This document shows positions 34,807 through 36,011 of a stretch of DNA of 36,011 bases, piece after piece. Positions within the stretch are counted from its first letter, which is position 1. The number at the start of each line of letters is the position of its first letter. Position numbers and translations under genes: made by a program. The DNA is from a virus. Its lineage: Duplodnaviria > Caudoviricetes. Under the pieces are notes generated by a model, which was given only the letters and a program-made list of their open reading frames with translations, did no database searches and was not told where the DNA came from. The stretch is taken from positions 1-36,011 of the IMG/VR virus record IMGVR_UViG_3300031519_004675; one strand, written 5' to 3'.

Positions 34807-35470
34807 GAAATATTTACTAGACACTATATGGTTTTGGACAAAGATGGTTAGTGTAATATTGCTTATATCAGCATTTTGTTATTTTTGGGGAACAAATAAT
34901 CCAAACAAATCAGCAATTGCAAAAGTAGAAACAGTATTAGATAATGAATATATTTTAAAGATAAAACAAATAGGATTACACGAACCTAGTTTTGAATACA
35001 GAGACGCTAAACAATTTGTTAGAGCAATTCACAAATGCATTGACTATTTAAATTTTAGTACACCAAGAGAGAATCGTGTACCATACGAAATGATCATAGG
35101 ACAAGCAGTATTAGAGTCTGGTTGGGGTGATAGTAGATTTGCAAGAGACGGAAATAATTTATTTGGCATAAGAACTTTTAGTAAAGACGTAAAACATATG
35201 TTACTACAAGATGCCACAGAATGGCCAGGTTGGGGTGTAAGAGTATTTAAAACTAAGTGTGATAGTACAAAAGAATACTTAAGATTATTAAATGAACATC
35301 CAGCATATGAAAAATTTAGAGAGACAAGAAGAATGTTATTAGCACAAAACAAACCTCTAGATTCTTTTGTTTTGATTAAAACAATAGATAAGTTTTCAAC
35401 AACAAAAGATTACGATCAAAGAGTCATAAGGATGATAAATAAAATTAGAAAAATGGAAGAGATCAGATGA
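34799..35470 (+). CDS. Glucosaminidase-domain (GH73/Bax-like) cell-wall hydrolase with N-terminal TM
   Basis: GQAVLESGWGDSRFARDGNNLFGIR, LNEHPAY..FR; start moved to ATG 34799 after GGAGG. Confidence 0.85.
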   Translation: MPKKYLLDTIWFWTKMVSVILLISAFCYFWGTNNPNKSAIAKVETVLDNEYILKIKQIGLHEPSFEYRDAKQFVRAIHKCIDYLNFSTPRENRVPYEMIIGQAVLESGWGDSRFARDGNNLFGIRTFSKDVKHMLLQDATEWPGWGVRVFKTKCDSTKEYLRLLNEHPAYEKFRETRRMLLAQNKPLDSFVLIKTIDKFSTTKDYDQRVIRMINKIRKMEEIR

Positions 35471-35547
35471 TAGGTTTATTTTTCGTTGGAATTATTGTAA
35501 CGGTGTTAGTTTTACTTCTATTATTATATGTAAGGAAGTATGATTGA
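35467..35547 (+). CDS. 26-aa single-TM peptide (not in ORF track)
   Basis: MIGLFFVGIIVTVLVLLLLLYVRKYD; ATGA overlap with preceding stop. Confidence 0.45.
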   Translation: MIGLFFVGIIVTVLVLLLLLYVRKYD

Positions 35548-35557
35548 CCTAATTTGG

Positions 35558-35589
35558 CCCTTGACAATTAGTATAGGATATGTTATAGT
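35558..35589 (+). promoter_or_regulatory. Sigma70-type early promoter
   Basis: CCC-TTGACA 35561-35566, 17 bp, TGn-TATAGT 35584-35589. Confidence 0.75.
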
Positions 35590-35630
35590 AACCTATATAT
35601 TTGTGATATTATTATTAAAAAAATGGAACA

Positions 35631-35756
35631 ATGAAGACCCTAAAAACTAAGAAAAAAAAGAAACCAATAAAGAAACCCGAAAAAAGAGAAGTTGTAGGGT
35701 TTTATTACAATGGTTATACAGGCGAGTCTAAGACTTTGTACAGAGAGAAAAAATAA
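35631..35756 (+). CDS. Small Lys-rich protein (not in ORF track)
   Basis: MKTLKTKKKKKPIKKPEKREVVGFYYNGYTGESKTLYREKK; TAATG-coupled to next gene. Confidence 0.5.
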   Translation: MKTLKTKKKKKPIKKPEKREVVGFYYNGYTGESKTLYREKK

Positions 35757-36011
35757 TGCCAACATATATTTTAAGAAATACAGAAACAGACGAACAGTTT
35801 GAAGAATTTTGTACTTGGGATGAACTAGATAAGTTTTTGAATGAGAATCCTAAGTTTCAACAAGTACCATCAGCTCCTCATATCGTAGGAGATCATATTA
35901 TGGGTGCAGGTCCAAAAAATGATAATGGGTGGAAAGAAAATATGGCTAAAATTGCTCAAGGACATCCTACTTCTGCTCTTGCAGATAGATATGGTTCAAA
36001 GAGTACTAAAG
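35756..36011 (+). CDS. Conserved T4-like phage protein (FmdB-like N-terminus), truncated by window end
   Basis: MPTYILRNTETDEQFEEF...FLNENP...GWKENMAKIAQGHP. Confidence 0.65.
   Translation, partial: MPTYILRNTETDEQFEEFCTWDELDKFLNENPKFQQVPSAPHIVGDHIMGAGPKNDNGWKENMAKIAQGHPTSALADRYGSKSTK

Noticed and set aside
1091-35352. All minus-strand ORFs in the supplied track
   Set aside because: Each lies antisense to a well-supported + strand gene and shows no recognisable motif; treated as shadow ORFs
1-36011. CRISPR array, IS element or stop-codon recoding
   Set aside because: No spaced direct-repeat array or transposase seen; conserved genes are full length in the standard code and use all three stops

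Overview
AT-rich, gene-dense window of a T4-like (myovirus) phage genome with every credible gene on the + strand; gene content (bS21, csgF/csgG, Grx-NrdB, RimK, 2OG-Fe(II) oxygenases) is most like marine T4-like phages of SAR11/alphaproteobacteria (inference). Order: end of a fibre gene and late-promoter (TATAAATA) driven virion/internal-head proteins (1-8.7 kb); holin-like gene and overlapped spanin pair; DesII-like radical SAM + aminotransferase; gp61 primase; second radical SAM; nrdA and Grx-nrdB; RimK-protease fusion; resolvase-like nuclease, Hc1 histone-like protein, deacetylase/transferase/glycosyltransferase cluster; a late-promoter-driven envelope operon (two paralogous membrane proteins, CsgF, CsgG, two curlin-repeat proteins, FecR-domain protein, CHASE2 class III adenylate cyclase); two adjacent promoter-driven structured non-coding elements (28.58-28.82 kb); bS21, glutaredoxin, RNase H, oxygenases; a kissing-loop RNA element with terminator (33.07-33.20 kb); metallopeptidase, DenV-like glycosylase, glucosaminidase. 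A repeated CCCTTGAC-N17-TAnnnT early promoter often feeds apparently leaderless genes. All calls come from motif recognition by eye; no database searches were run.
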